Assembly: GCA_015494585.1 (NCBI GenBank)
Contig: WGAY01000046.1
Location: forward strand, 1-60,325
Reading direction: 5' to 3'
DNA length: 60,325 nucleotides
From: Candidatus Omnitrophota bacterium
Lineage (GTDB): Bacteria > Omnitrophota > Gorgyraeia > S143-82
Shown here piece by piece: positions 1-9,999 of the stretch (position 1 is its first letter; every line of letters begins with the position of its first letter). Position numbers and translations under genes: made by a program. The notes beneath the pieces were generated by a model. The model ran no database searches, was not told the origin of the DNA, and was given only the letters and a program-made list of their open reading frames with translations.

Positions 1-1003
1 GCCTGAGAGAGGGAAAGACATACTTTATCTCCTGTTTTATGGTTTCCACAACCATCTTTACCACCTCATCCATCTCCCCATCGATACTGCAACCGCTGGC
101 CGTGCTATGGCCGCCACCGCCGAACATCTTGGCGATATAGTTTACATCTACCTTGCCCCTAGACCTGAAATTTATGCGCACCTTGCCCTGACCTGCTGGT
201 TTAAATAGGAGAAACACCTCTGCATCCCTGACCTGGCGGGCTATATTCAATACCTCATCGGATATATCGTATTCTGCCCTGCCGTCTTTGACCCCCAGTG
301 GCGAATATATCATCCATATGAGTCTGCCTCTCATAGCAGAGGATATCGTGGCAAGTGTCTCTGCAACGACCTTTATCTGCCTAAAGTTACGGTGTTCATA
401 TATCTTCTGATAAATAGCATAACCGTCTATCCCCGTACTTAGGAGATCCGCGGCCGCCTGGTGGGTGAAGGACTTCGTATTCGGATACCTGAAACAGCCC
501 GTATCGTTCACTATTCCGGAATATATATTAATTGCCTCCTTTTTCTTTATTTCCATATCCGCTATCTTAAATATGCGGTAGACCATCTCAGAGACGGAAG
601 AGGCATCGGGATCGACCCAATTTATCTCTCCAAATAGCGTGTTGCTGACATGGTGGTCTATATTTATGTATACAGGCCGCTTATAGGAATTGTATATCTC
701 CCCCAGTCTATCTTCCCCTGAACAGTCTACGGTAATTACTGCATCATAGTGTATCTGGGGAAGTTGTTCTGGACCCAATATGGACTTACTGCCGGGCAAA
801 AAAGAAAACTCCTTGGGGACCGGATCCTGATTGACCAGAAAGACCTTCTTACCGAGGCGTCTTAAAAAAGAGGCCAGGGCAAGCTGGCTCCCCAGGGCAT
901 CGCATTCAGGATTTATGTGGCATGAGATCAGATAATTATCATATCTATCAAAAAATCCAAGGAGCCTATAGAGCTCTTCTGTAGATATCAATACCTTATT
1001 CAC
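1..1003 (-). CDS. nrnA: DHH/DHHA1 family phosphoesterase (NrnA-like oligoribonuclease/pAp phosphatase), 3' end runs off window
   Basis: Manual translation from GTG at 1003 (GGAGG upstream): HINPECDALGSQ...IDHH...FGGGGHSTASG. No stop before base 1. Typical position after rbfA. Confidence 0.88.
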   Translation of the reverse strand, partial: MNKVLISTEELYRLLGFFDRYDNYLISCHINPECDALGSQLALASFLRRLGKKVFLVNQDPVPKEFSFLPGSKSILGPEQLPQIHYDAVITVDCSGEDRLGEIYNSYKRPVYINIDHHVSNTLFGEINWVDPDASSVSEMVYRIFKIADMEIKKKEAINIYSGIVNDTGCFRYPNTKSFTHQAAADLLSTGIDGYAIYQKIYEHRNFRQIKVVAETLATISSAMRGRLIWMIYSPLGVKDGRAEYDISDEVLNIARQVRDAEVFLLFKPAGQGKVRINFRSRGKVDVNYIAKMFGGGGHSTASGCSIDGEMDEVVKMVVETIKQEIKYVFPSLR

Positions 1004-1286
1004 CTACCAACTCCTCCTTGTACAGCGAAAAAGATAGCCGTGGCACCCGCCTCCACTTGAGCCTCCTGGAAAGCAGGTGTCTTATATATCCGCTGGCATT
1101 GTTCAATACCTCAATCGATGCCCCTGCATCCCCAATTACACTTACAAATATGACCGCGCTATGGTAATCAGGGGACAGCCTCACCTTATTCACAGTAACC
1201 CAATCCAGACGGGAATCATTCAATTCAGAGAGGATAACCCCTGAAACCGCCCGCTTGAGCTCTGATTCATACCTGTCTTTTCCCAT
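996..1286 (-). CDS. rbfA: 30S ribosome-binding factor A
   Basis: Motifs DSRLDWVTVNKVRLSPD and ASGYIRHLLSRRLKWRRVPRLSF. Confidence 0.9.
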   Translation of the reverse strand: MGKDRYESELKRAVSGVILSELNDSRLDWVTVNKVRLSPDYHSAVIFVSVIGDAGASIEVLNNASGYIRHLLSRRLKWRRVPRLSFSLYKEELVGE

Positions 1287-1365
1287 ATATCAAACCTCTA
1301 AATATAGCATTATATTTTATTTTCTAAAATAAATAAACTCAAAAGAGCGAGCAAAAGGAGAATAT

Positions 1366-4300
1366 CTACAGTGCCTCGATAAATATCCCACCCGCCTCGT
1401 TTAGTGAGGCCTGCATCTTATCTTTTATAACCTTGCCTGCATCAGATAGACCATCCAGAAATCCGGCCATCCGGCTATCAAACCTGGCAAGCTGTATCAA
1501 TTTTCCATAGAACCAATCAAAATCACTGCCCATAGACAACTCTCCCAAGAGGGCATATATTGCCTCATCTCTGCCAATACCCAGGCCATCTGCATCCTGA
1601 AACAGATTCTCCAATATATTGGAACTGTCGGGCAGAGATTGGATATTTAAAAACTCATCCGGCAGAGAGAATGCATCCTTGCCCTCTCGTCCCCTATCCA
1701 CATCACCACCCAGTTCCCTGGCTATCAGAGCAACCTTGCCTGTCTCTGGATCCCTTACAAAGAAGGCCACATCTATTCCCTTACGATAAAGAATTGGAAG
1801 CAAATTGACTGCCTCCTCCATGGAAAACCAGTGTGGTTTGGCCTTTAGCCTGACTTTCTGTTCCAGCGGTGTGTCCTGAACCAATGGTCTGACACCTACA
1901 TCTCCCTTTTCATCTACATAGGCTACCCCTTCAGCCCTCTCTATATACCCTGCCTCCTTCTCAAAACCCAGCCTACGCATATATTTAGAGGTTCTGTCGC
2001 CAAACGGCATAGACAGGTAAAGCCAGCCTGTCTGCCTATCCAACCAAGAAGGAAGGGGCCCCTCCAGTCTGTATGCGCTATCCAATCCGTAGGCAGCGAC
2101 CTTCCATATCTCATCAATAGACTCCTTTATTTGTTTAACCAATCCGTCTACTTGTTCCCTGCTATAACTGTTCAACATCATACTCGCGCCAAAAGAGACT
2201 TGCAAGAGATTGGGGTTAAGTTTAACCATCTTTGGCAAAAGCTGGAAAATATCATTATAGTCCTGCATAGCCTTTAGATATTCCAAGGCCGAATATGTAT
2301 TGGATTCTGCAAGTTCCTTAAGGGCCTGGCTGTGTCCGCCTCCAAACAAAGACAGGATAAGCCCCTGGACTGTTGATCGATTATAGGGATACCTGGCATT
2401 CATAAATAAATTCCCCTCCTCAACAGCCTTTACCATAATCTTCACCAGATTATCAAGGACCGGCGAAACGAACATCTCCCATAGAGAGGCAGCATCCTTA
2501 AGATTGTCATCTCGTAAGAGCCTGTCCAGTTGAGGCAATAGCTTATCGAAAAATTCAGCCTTTGATAGCTTATCTATTATCAAAAGGGATTTCTCCTCGC
2601 CCTCATTTTCCATTGTTTGCCCAGAATCAACGATGCGGGCTATTTCGTCTGCCAGGCCTTTTATCCGGTCTTCGACATCTCCAGAATCCCCTGTAAGTAC
2701 AGAGCTGGCTACAGCCATAGTCGCTGCTGCATCTGTCCATGGTCTCTGCTGCCTTTTTCCCGTCAAAGACACATAACGGGCCCCCAAATTATCCCAGAAA
2801 ACCCTATCCACAGACTCGTATACCGCCACTGCTGCCAGGGCCTGTTTTATCATCTGTCTATGACTCACCCTACCGCGATACTTTTTATCGAGGAGGCTGG
2901 CCTTATTCAATAGCAATCTGCCCTGCCAATTGGTCTGTTTCAACAAAGAAGACATATAGCAAAGTATACGCTCTCTCTGTCTGCTAGGTGAACAATAAGC
3001 AAGATACCCCAATAAGACGCGCGACTTCTCGGGGAGGCTATACCAATCAAGTCCTAGGTGCAGTTTTCTATCCAGGATAGAGATCATACGAAGCATATCG
3101 TCATTATGCAGGGCGCGCAATCCCAGCACAGCCATAAGCGCAACGTATTCACTCCCAAACGGCCCACCATAATCCCTGAATAGACTCTCTTTAAACGCCT
3201 CAACCGCACCTTTGCGTATCCTTTTCGTCTCAATTACATATTCTTCCACATCTTCAGGCAGATATCCCTTCCTATACAGGACAGGCCTCAATCTGGTAAA
3301 ACTGTTTATTCCCATAGGATAGAGAGAAGTCACTTTATACACCTTATCGTGGGCCATAGCATAACCTATAAGGTTATAGCCCTCCTTTATAGCATAGGCG
3401 AAGAACTCAGGCAGGGATATATCGTAATTCCTTTTAGAATGGGTCAGCGTATAATCATAGGCCATAAGTACCGGCATTACCCAAAATGGGTTGGCAAAGT
3501 ACCCATGATATTCCTGCTTATAGCGGCCTATTCCCATCGCATTATAGATATCCCTTACCCTCTGCCAAAAGGCATCCCTGCCATTGTTGTGCGGCGAGGC
3601 ATCTATAAGTGCCTCGGCGGACAGACAGATCTCTCTGCCCAAACTAAGGAGACTCTCTATATCCTCTCGTTCAGGCAAAAGCCGGCTATCTGCACTTTCC
3701 AACATTATGCGAAATAGCTCCATCCCGACCCTTGCATCTTTGCTTGACAGATATGCGGCTAACCTGCGGGCTGTAGAGGCCTTAGTATAAGGTAATATAT
3801 GATTCTGAAAGACACTTACCACATCCTTTCTGAGCAGGGCCATCTCATTTTCATCCTTCCCCTGCCTCCTAAACCGCTCAATAGACCTGGTAAGTGCAAT
3901 GACATAACGCCTTGCGGACCTTGGATCCTGCGCATAGTCATATAGGGACCTGGCATAGGCAACTGGCCGGGAATTAAGCCCGATGCCAACGGCCGAAGAT
4001 AGGAGGGAAAGGCCTATCCCTTTTATAAATGCCCGTCTTGAAAGGCCTTTACCTGGGGAATCAGACCGAGCTGCCTCGGGCGCATATACATCCCTGCTCG
4101 TCAGTAAGGCCTTTAAATAAAATAAAACCGGATCCCTCTTCCCGTAATCGTCAATAGAGAAGCCTAATAGATCTTCATAGAATTTCAAGAATGCATCCGC
4201 ATCACTACCAATTCCTCTAGAAGATAACCACCTATCCATCACCCTGTAAAACAGATGCAGAGACGCATCAAGATCACCTCTTCTCCACAGCCAACGCATC

Positions 4301-7008
4301 CTAGAAAGTATGTAACGGTTAAAATCATAGACAGACGCGTCTTTATAGTACATTAATCTCTTGATTGCATCGATATCAGCATATCCGTCAATAAACTCAT
4401 CGACACCTTCAGGTGCTACTTCGAATAACAACCCCAATCCAGCTATATCTGCCACCAGTTCTGACAGCAAGTTATATCGATTATCCTCTTCCAGTAACGT
4501 TCCGTCTTTATCCCTTTGACTTATGATAAATTTCGAAAGATTATGGCCTAATTCATGTCCTAGAACAAATACCGGCCCGTAGAGAGAGTACAGTTCCCTG
4601 CGCGAGGATTTACTTCTAATTAATTGAGGGAACAGAACCTGATAACCTGCATTGGCAAAATAACCATAATCGAAGATAAAGTGGGACTGCAATAGTTTCA
4701 TAATCCCTTCTATCGTTATAGTATTTAATTCCATAGGCATAAACATAGTAAAGAAGGAAAATAGATATACATCCTTCAATCCTTGTTCATAGATAATGCT
4801 GTTTGAAAATATATGTTCGGAATAATTTTTTATTATGTTCAGGGCGTAATCCCTATTACTCTCGAATAAATCCATTATTTCAAACCAGAGACTGTTGATT
4901 TTATCCCTTCCTGCTCCACGGTTCATTAAAAGATCAATAAGATACACACCTGCCCTGAGACGAATCTCTAGAGGGAAATCGGTCTCTCTGAAAACCATAG
5001 TAAAAAATTCTTCTTTTGAATCTTTATCAAATCCAGAGCCTCTTGCCTCATAGACCAAATCCAGGATCAATGTACCTGGTATACCCTGCATTCTCCTCTT
5101 CATAAGGGAAAAGAGACCGTCTTTGCCGAGTATAGGGATATCTTTCCCCAATTCCCCTTCAAGAGATTCGATTATGAGACCTTCCAGGACCGACTTTTTG
5201 ACAACGTGATTTACATTTTTGACAACGTGCTTTACAATAGAATCATACATCCCAATCGGTTTTGAAATAAAATGGCTATACCATATAGAAAGCAGCCTTA
5301 TATCTAGGTCTATGGAAACCAGGCGATTTGGATTAAAATTCTCCGCATCTGCCATTATCAACAATACAGCGGGATTACTCAGAAGGCGGTTGAGTAGAGC
5401 CGCACGCTTTGATGGCGGGGCCTTTAAAAACATGAAATTTAAGGCCATTCCCATATCCCAAAAATAGAGATCCATATATACCCCTTTTTCCCGGGGTGCA
5501 AAAAATATGCCCTGAAAAGTGGCCTTTTCTTCATCAGGAGGTATCTCCAAATAGGAAATTAATATATCGAGGAGAGATTTGCCATTTATGGTCATATCCT
5601 CAGAGGCCATATAATCCCATAAATCCTCTTCCTTGCCAAAATAATGGGCTCCTAAAAATGCTCCCAGGGTCGTATATCTGGCTGCCTGGTCATCCAACAA
5701 GAGGCGGAACTTAACTCCTGCCCTAGCAGCCGCTACGCCAAGGAAAAAGGCAACTGGCAGACGGAAAAAGCTATCTTCGTATCGATTAAAGACCCTATCA
5801 TCCTTTATCAGACCATAGATAGCCCTTAATTCAGAATCAGTCATCAGGGGAATACCATCAAACAAGATGCCTGATGGGATTCTGCCCATACTACTTGCCA
5901 GGTTTCTCTTAGAGGCCATCCAGGAGACAATAAAAAATCTCGTATACCTAAATCTATTGCCCGGAGCATTGGCCAGAAGGCTTTTGGCCAGATCTATAGC
6001 AAGTTCAGGAGAGACCGAACCAATCGAATCCAAAAGACGCATAATCTCAAGGCCAAATTTTTTATTCTTTTCAAATCTCGATTCCCACGCCTCCAATATC
6101 CCTCTAAACTCATTCTTGTATCTCTCCTTACGTCCAAGCACCTTTCTAATAGCCCCAATAAATACAGGAAGACGCCTTTTTCTATTTCCCCCGATAACTG
6201 CATTCAATTCAATAACCGAAAACTTATCACCTATGTCTTTTAATACCTCTGTTACCCACAGCCCGGATAAATAATCACCCTGGCCCTTCTGGACTTCTAT
6301 TTTCTTGAATATCCTATCTGCCAGCTCGAAGCCGTTTTCTGCCTCAGGAGAGGCAGGTAGAGCCGCACCTAAATCAGGCAGGGATATTCCGCCAGATATA
6401 ATATCAGAGATGTTCCGCATATCTGCATAGGAGGAAAAGATGGCCCTGACATCCCGGTCAAATGCCTTATTCATATTCATGAGAGGCAAATCCTCCACAC
6501 CCATCTGCTTGGCATCTGCCCAACCTTTATAAAAGGAATAGACAAGACTTCGCAAGTCATAGCATTCCGGGGAGAAATTAACCCAGTTTTCCACAAAGGA
6601 GACGGCCTCATCAGGCAGATCTATCCCTTCACAATTCAGTTTAAATCTCACCACCGGATAGATCGACTCAGGGACTATCCAGACCCTAAAGTAGGTTTCC
6701 GTATCTAAATCAGCTCCAATATCCCAAAGCTCTTCGAGCACCGACGATACTAGCACCTTCAATCTTAAGTCCTGAAACAAAAGCTGCCCGGCAAATTCTG
6801 TGTTATATATATTTTTTGAAGTGGCATCTGAGGGAGCAATAAAAGGGGCAAGATTTACCCAAACCGGCGAATGGATAAAATATCCAGCACGATAGGCAGC
6901 AGGCAGGATAACATACTCTTCTCCCTGAACCTCCCCATAATACGGCCACGCCACACCTGAGGTTGCTACCAAAAAGGCAATCAATACGGAAAGTATCTTT
7001 CTAACCAT
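1366..7008 (-). CDS. Very large (1880 aa) secreted multidomain hypothetical protein with HEXXH motif and internal Tat-like segment
   Basis: Long uninterrupted ORF. N-terminal Sec-type signal (MVRKILSVLIAFLVATSGVA), GHELGH at ~aa 818, SRRAFIK plus hydrophobic stretch at ~aa 990. Confidence 0.8.
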   Translation of the reverse strand: MVRKILSVLIAFLVATSGVAWPYYGEVQGEEYVILPAAYRAGYFIHSPVWVNLAPFIAPSDATSKNIYNTEFAGQLLFQDLRLKVLVSSVLEELWDIGADLDTETYFRVWIVPESIYPVVRFKLNCEGIDLPDEAVSFVENWVNFSPECYDLRSLVYSFYKGWADAKQMGVEDLPLMNMNKAFDRDVRAIFSSYADMRNISDIISGGISLPDLGAALPASPEAENGFELADRIFKKIEVQKGQGDYLSGLWVTEVLKDIGDKFSVIELNAVIGGNRKRRLPVFIGAIRKVLGRKERYKNEFRGILEAWESRFEKNKKFGLEIMRLLDSIGSVSPELAIDLAKSLLANAPGNRFRYTRFFIVSWMASKRNLASSMGRIPSGILFDGIPLMTDSELRAIYGLIKDDRVFNRYEDSFFRLPVAFFLGVAAARAGVKFRLLLDDQAARYTTLGAFLGAHYFGKEEDLWDYMASEDMTINGKSLLDILISYLEIPPDEEKATFQGIFFAPREKGVYMDLYFWDMGMALNFMFLKAPPSKRAALLNRLLSNPAVLLIMADAENFNPNRLVSIDLDIRLLSIWYSHFISKPIGMYDSIVKHVVKNVNHVVKKSVLEGLIIESLEGELGKDIPILGKDGLFSLMKRRMQGIPGTLILDLVYEARGSGFDKDSKEEFFTMVFRETDFPLEIRLRAGVYLIDLLMNRGAGRDKINSLWFEIMDLFESNRDYALNIIKNYSEHIFSNSIIYEQGLKDVYLFSFFTMFMPMELNTITIEGIMKLLQSHFIFDYGYFANAGYQVLFPQLIRSKSSRRELYSLYGPVFVLGHELGHNLSKFIISQRDKDGTLLEEDNRYNLLSELVADIAGLGLLFEVAPEGVDEFIDGYADIDAIKRLMYYKDASVYDFNRYILSRMRWLWRRGDLDASLHLFYRVMDRWLSSRGIGSDADAFLKFYEDLLGFSIDDYGKRDPVLFYLKALLTSRDVYAPEAARSDSPGKGLSRRAFIKGIGLSLLSSAVGIGLNSRPVAYARSLYDYAQDPRSARRYVIALTRSIERFRRQGKDENEMALLRKDVVSVFQNHILPYTKASTARRLAAYLSSKDARVGMELFRIMLESADSRLLPEREDIESLLSLGREICLSAEALIDASPHNNGRDAFWQRVRDIYNAMGIGRYKQEYHGYFANPFWVMPVLMAYDYTLTHSKRNYDISLPEFFAYAIKEGYNLIGYAMAHDKVYKVTSLYPMGINSFTRLRPVLYRKGYLPEDVEEYVIETKRIRKGAVEAFKESLFRDYGGPFGSEYVALMAVLGLRALHNDDMLRMISILDRKLHLGLDWYSLPEKSRVLLGYLAYCSPSRQRERILCYMSSLLKQTNWQGRLLLNKASLLDKKYRGRVSHRQMIKQALAAVAVYESVDRVFWDNLGARYVSLTGKRQQRPWTDAAATMAVASSVLTGDSGDVEDRIKGLADEIARIVDSGQTMENEGEEKSLLIIDKLSKAEFFDKLLPQLDRLLRDDNLKDAASLWEMFVSPVLDNLVKIMVKAVEEGNLFMNARYPYNRSTVQGLILSLFGGGHSQALKELAESNTYSALEYLKAMQDYNDIFQLLPKMVKLNPNLLQVSFGASMMLNSYSREQVDGLVKQIKESIDEIWKVAAYGLDSAYRLEGPLPSWLDRQTGWLYLSMPFGDRTSKYMRRLGFEKEAGYIERAEGVAYVDEKGDVGVRPLVQDTPLEQKVRLKAKPHWFSMEEAVNLLPILYRKGIDVAFFVRDPETGKVALIARELGGDVDRGREGKDAFSLPDEFLNIQSLPDSSNILENLFQDADGLGIGRDEAIYALLGELSMGSDFDWFYGKLIQLARFDSRMAGFLDGLSDAGKVIKDKMQASLNEAGGIFIEAL

Positions 7009-7514
7009 AACTCGAATATCCTTTGGAAACTCTCAAAAGGCATCGCCTCAATATCCATAGGATAAAACCAGGCAGCATCCTCTGCATCGTCGCCTGGACA
7101 GAGCTCATCCGGATCAAGCGACTCAACGGCATATCCTATGACCACGACTGAACCGTAGCGCCTACTCTCTTGATATTCAGCAGATATTATCTCAATCCTT
7201 CCAACAGAATCTATCCCGGCCTCTTCTTTCAGTTCTCGCAGGCAGGCCTCTACAGGCGACTCACCCAGTTCCATAAACCCGCCAGGCAGACACCACGCTC
7301 CTTTTTTTGGCTCAACTCCCCTCTTTATAAGGGCAACCATGCCTTCTGGAGAATAGCATACAGCACAGACTACAGGAGGCGGGTTGAGAAATGCAATCCA
7401 ACCGCACCCAGCACAGGCCATTCTCTCTCTGCCATCCAGGACAACTGGCCTCAGCGGGCCAGCGCACATAGGACAAAACTTAAAATTATTTTCTTTTCCG
7501 CTAAATACCCCCAT
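6981..7514 (-). CDS. NUDIX hydrolase with N-terminal zinc ribbon (ADP-ribose pyrophosphatase-like)
   Basis: FCPMCA...CAGCG zinc ribbon and Nudix box GGFMELGESPVEACLRELKEEAG. Start trimmed to ATG 7514 because the track's longer ORF runs across the tRNA. Confidence 0.88.
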   Translation of the reverse strand: MGVFSGKENNFKFCPMCAGPLRPVVLDGRERMACAGCGWIAFLNPPPVVCAVCYSPEGMVALIKRGVEPKKGAWCLPGGFMELGESPVEACLRELKEEAGIDSVGRIEIISAEYQESRRYGSVVVIGYAVESLDPDELCPGDDAEDAAWFYPMDIEAMPFESFQRIFELWLERYFPY

Positions 7515-7570
7515 ATACATAAGTATATATGCCCTTATAGAATATTCCAAGTAAGAGAAGATAAAATTTA

Positions 7571-7598
7571 TTTGATTTAAAACACTATCTGGTATAAT
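7571..7598 (+). promoter_or_regulatory. Sigma70-type promoter for tRNA-Leu (extended -10)
   Basis: TG-G-TATAAT at 7590-7598 with TTGATT at 7572-7577, just upstream of the tRNA start. Confidence 0.55.
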
Positions 7599-7615
7599 AA
7601 GAAACCGATAACTAT

Positions 7616-7700
7616 GCCGAAGTGGCGGAACTGGCAGACGCGCATGGTTCAGGACCATGTGCCTCTTCCGGGCGTGTGGGTTCGAATCCCACCTTCGGCA
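7616..7700 (+). tRNA. tRNA-Leu(CAG)
   Basis: GCCGAAG acceptor stem pairs with CTTCGGC-A. Anticodon arm CATGG-TT-CAG-GA-CCATG, long variable arm, GGTTCGAATCC T-loop. Confidence 0.95.
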
Positions 7701-7720
7701 GTTAGTTTTTGCCCAAAGAC

Positions 7721-8626
7721 TCACCTGCCAACATAACCACAGGTTATCTTCTTAAGGAACTCCACTCGGCCTCTTATATCCTCAAGGGATACCTTTGCAA
7801 TACCGGCAGGGCCAAAGGACTCTACACAAAAGGAGGCAACCGCAGAGGCATAGAGCATTGCCTCTGGTATGTAGGCCATATCCAGGCCTCTTGAGATAAT
7901 ATATCCCAACAGGGCACCAGCGAAGCTGTCACCTGCCCCTGTGGGATCGAGCGGTTCCTCAAGGGGATAGGCAGGGACAAATGACATATACTCTTTTGAA
8001 AAGAAAATGGCGCCATGCTCGCCTCTCTTTATTATCAGATCTCCCTTCAAAATAGAAAGGATATAATTTGCAGCCTTAACTACATTACTTTTATCAGACA
8101 AAAGCAGGGCCTCGCTGTCGTTTATGATAAGCAAATCCACTTGAGAAAGCCCATCCAACAACAACTGCCTCTCTGAAGCTATCCAGTGGTCCATGGTATC
8201 CAAGACAACATAGCCTGCCTCAACCTGGTCCAAGAGGGTCAGTTGAAGAGAAGGCGATATATTCGCCAGAAAAAGGGCCTTAGGCCTTCTATAGGCATCA
8301 ACAACCACTGGATGAAACTCAGCAAACACGCCAAGGTCCAGTCCAAGGGTACGGCGGTTGTTTATGTCCTGGAAATACTCTCCCTCCCAAAAAAATGTTT
8401 TACCCTTCCTTATCTCTATCCCCCTGGTATCTACGGAATTCTCCTTAAGGAAAGAAATAATCTCATCGCCTCTATCCATACCTACTACACCAACTACACC
8501 CGGATAGATAAACTTTGCCGCCGCTATAGCGGAATACAGGGCCGAACCACCCATTACCTCAGCTACCTCACCTTCTGGGCTGTGTATCCTATCGATTGCA
8601 ATGGAACCGACTATCACCAGGTCCAT
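7721..8626 (-). CDS. PfkB family carbohydrate/nucleoside kinase
   Basis: GGSALYSAIAA and the PfkB signature DPTGAGDSFAG. Confidence 0.92.
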   Translation of the reverse strand: MDLVIVGSIAIDRIHSPEGEVAEVMGGSALYSAIAAAKFIYPGVVGVVGMDRGDEIISFLKENSVDTRGIEIRKGKTFFWEGEYFQDINNRRTLGLDLGVFAEFHPVVVDAYRRPKALFLANISPSLQLTLLDQVEAGYVVLDTMDHWIASERQLLLDGLSQVDLLIINDSEALLLSDKSNVVKAANYILSILKGDLIIKRGEHGAIFFSKEYMSFVPAYPLEEPLDPTGAGDSFAGALLGYIISRGLDMAYIPEAMLYASAVASFCVESFGPAGIAKVSLEDIRGRVEFLKKITCGYVGR

Positions 8627-9993
8627 CAGAACATCTCTTCCTTTCTATACTCAATAAAGCCCAATACGAATATCAAGAACAGCAACAGAAAATAATATGC
8701 ATAGACCAGATTATCGTTCATCTGGTCATAACATAGGGGAAGTGCCCTGGGAGCCAGCATCTTGGCAGCCTTAACCATAAGAAAGGCCATTAGATTAAGG
8801 CCCTTTGCACCGATAATCCCAAAACTCACAAAATAGACCATCCCGAGGATCAAAATAACCGTAAGCAAAAGGATAAAAAGAGGTGCCACCAGCCAGGATA
8901 CAAGGGGAAAGCAATGGAAGTAATTTATAATCAAAGGGGCGATCCCAAGGCTAACGGCAAGTGAGACAAACCATATATCCAATACTCCTCTTTCCTTCTT
9001 TAAAGAAAATCCAAGCAATATCGACAGTACAGCCGTAAAAGACAATTGAAAGCCTATGCTGAATAACTGCTGAGGAGAGATAAAAAATACCACAAACACC
9101 GTTATCCCTAGTATATCGTATAAAGACCACTTACGCCTGAGAACCACTGATAGCAGATAAATCAAGAACATAACACCTGCCCGCATTAGGGAGGGACTTT
9201 CTGGGACTAGGAGAATGTAGAATAATATAAAGAGGGCAACTATCCCAGATGCCAATGGATAAGGCACAGAAATAACGCGTAGAAAGGCAAATATCAACCC
9301 AGTCAAAATCATCAGATGCAAGCCGCTTATAGCAAGGATATGTCCTGCTCCGACTGCATTAAAGTGTATTCTAAGTTGATAAAAATTAGAATCCCTTATG
9401 CCGAATAACACAGCAGAGACGATGCTACGGGCATCAATGCTGAGATTTCTTGCCAAAACATAGGCCATATGCCTAAATCTGTACAGGAAATAGTACAACC
9501 TGCCAATAAAAACAGGCTTGCTCGATACTGTTGATGGAATAAAAACAAAGGCCTTACCGGTAAAATATACATTCATTCCTATCTCAGACCCAACCACTGC
9601 ATCATTCCAACCAGAGGAACCACGATTTATCACCCAAAAAGAGAAAGGAAATGCAATCCTCTTACCCCCTATCTCGATATACTTTCCATCTACCAGGGCC
9701 TTTTGTCTATTTCCTATATCCAAGGTACGGACTATTCCATGAACCGTAAATACGGTCTTGGGCGGAATAACCTTCTCAGGTGAGGGAATAAGATTATAGG
9801 AGACAAGGGAACCAAACCCGGCCCATATTATGGCTGAAAATATCACTAGACCTGCCTTGGAAAATAGAGATCGCCTTAACAGGAGAAATGACAAAAAGAT
9901 AAAGACAGGGACACCGATTACCAGTACATCAACGCCCCATAATACCGACGACAGAAAAAATAGTGCAGATATCAGCCAGATACCAGGCAACAC
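8626..9993 (-). CDS. comEC: ComEC/Rec2 competence protein (membrane domain; no C-terminal metallo-beta-lactamase domain)
   Basis: GHILAISGLH, SLMRAGVM and GFQLSF motifs; multiple TM segments. Confidence 0.9.
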   Translation of the reverse strand: MLPGIWLISALFFLSSVLWGVDVLVIGVPVFIFLSFLLLRRSLFSKAGLVIFSAIIWAGFGSLVSYNLIPSPEKVIPPKTVFTVHGIVRTLDIGNRQKALVDGKYIEIGGKRIAFPFSFWVINRGSSGWNDAVVGSEIGMNVYFTGKAFVFIPSTVSSKPVFIGRLYYFLYRFRHMAYVLARNLSIDARSIVSAVLFGIRDSNFYQLRIHFNAVGAGHILAISGLHLMILTGLIFAFLRVISVPYPLASGIVALFILFYILLVPESPSLMRAGVMFLIYLLSVVLRRKWSLYDILGITVFVVFFISPQQLFSIGFQLSFTAVLSILLGFSLKKERGVLDIWFVSLAVSLGIAPLIINYFHCFPLVSWLVAPLFILLLTVILILGMVYFVSFGIIGAKGLNLMAFLMVKAAKMLAPRALPLCYDQMNDNLVYAYYFLLLFLIFVLGFIEYRKEEMF

Positions 9994-9999
9994 AACTCC

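Noticed and set aside
7515-7724. N-terminal extension of the NUDIX ORF in the track (247 aa)
   Set aside because: It runs antisense through tRNA-Leu and its promoter; the zinc ribbon begins just after ATG 7514.
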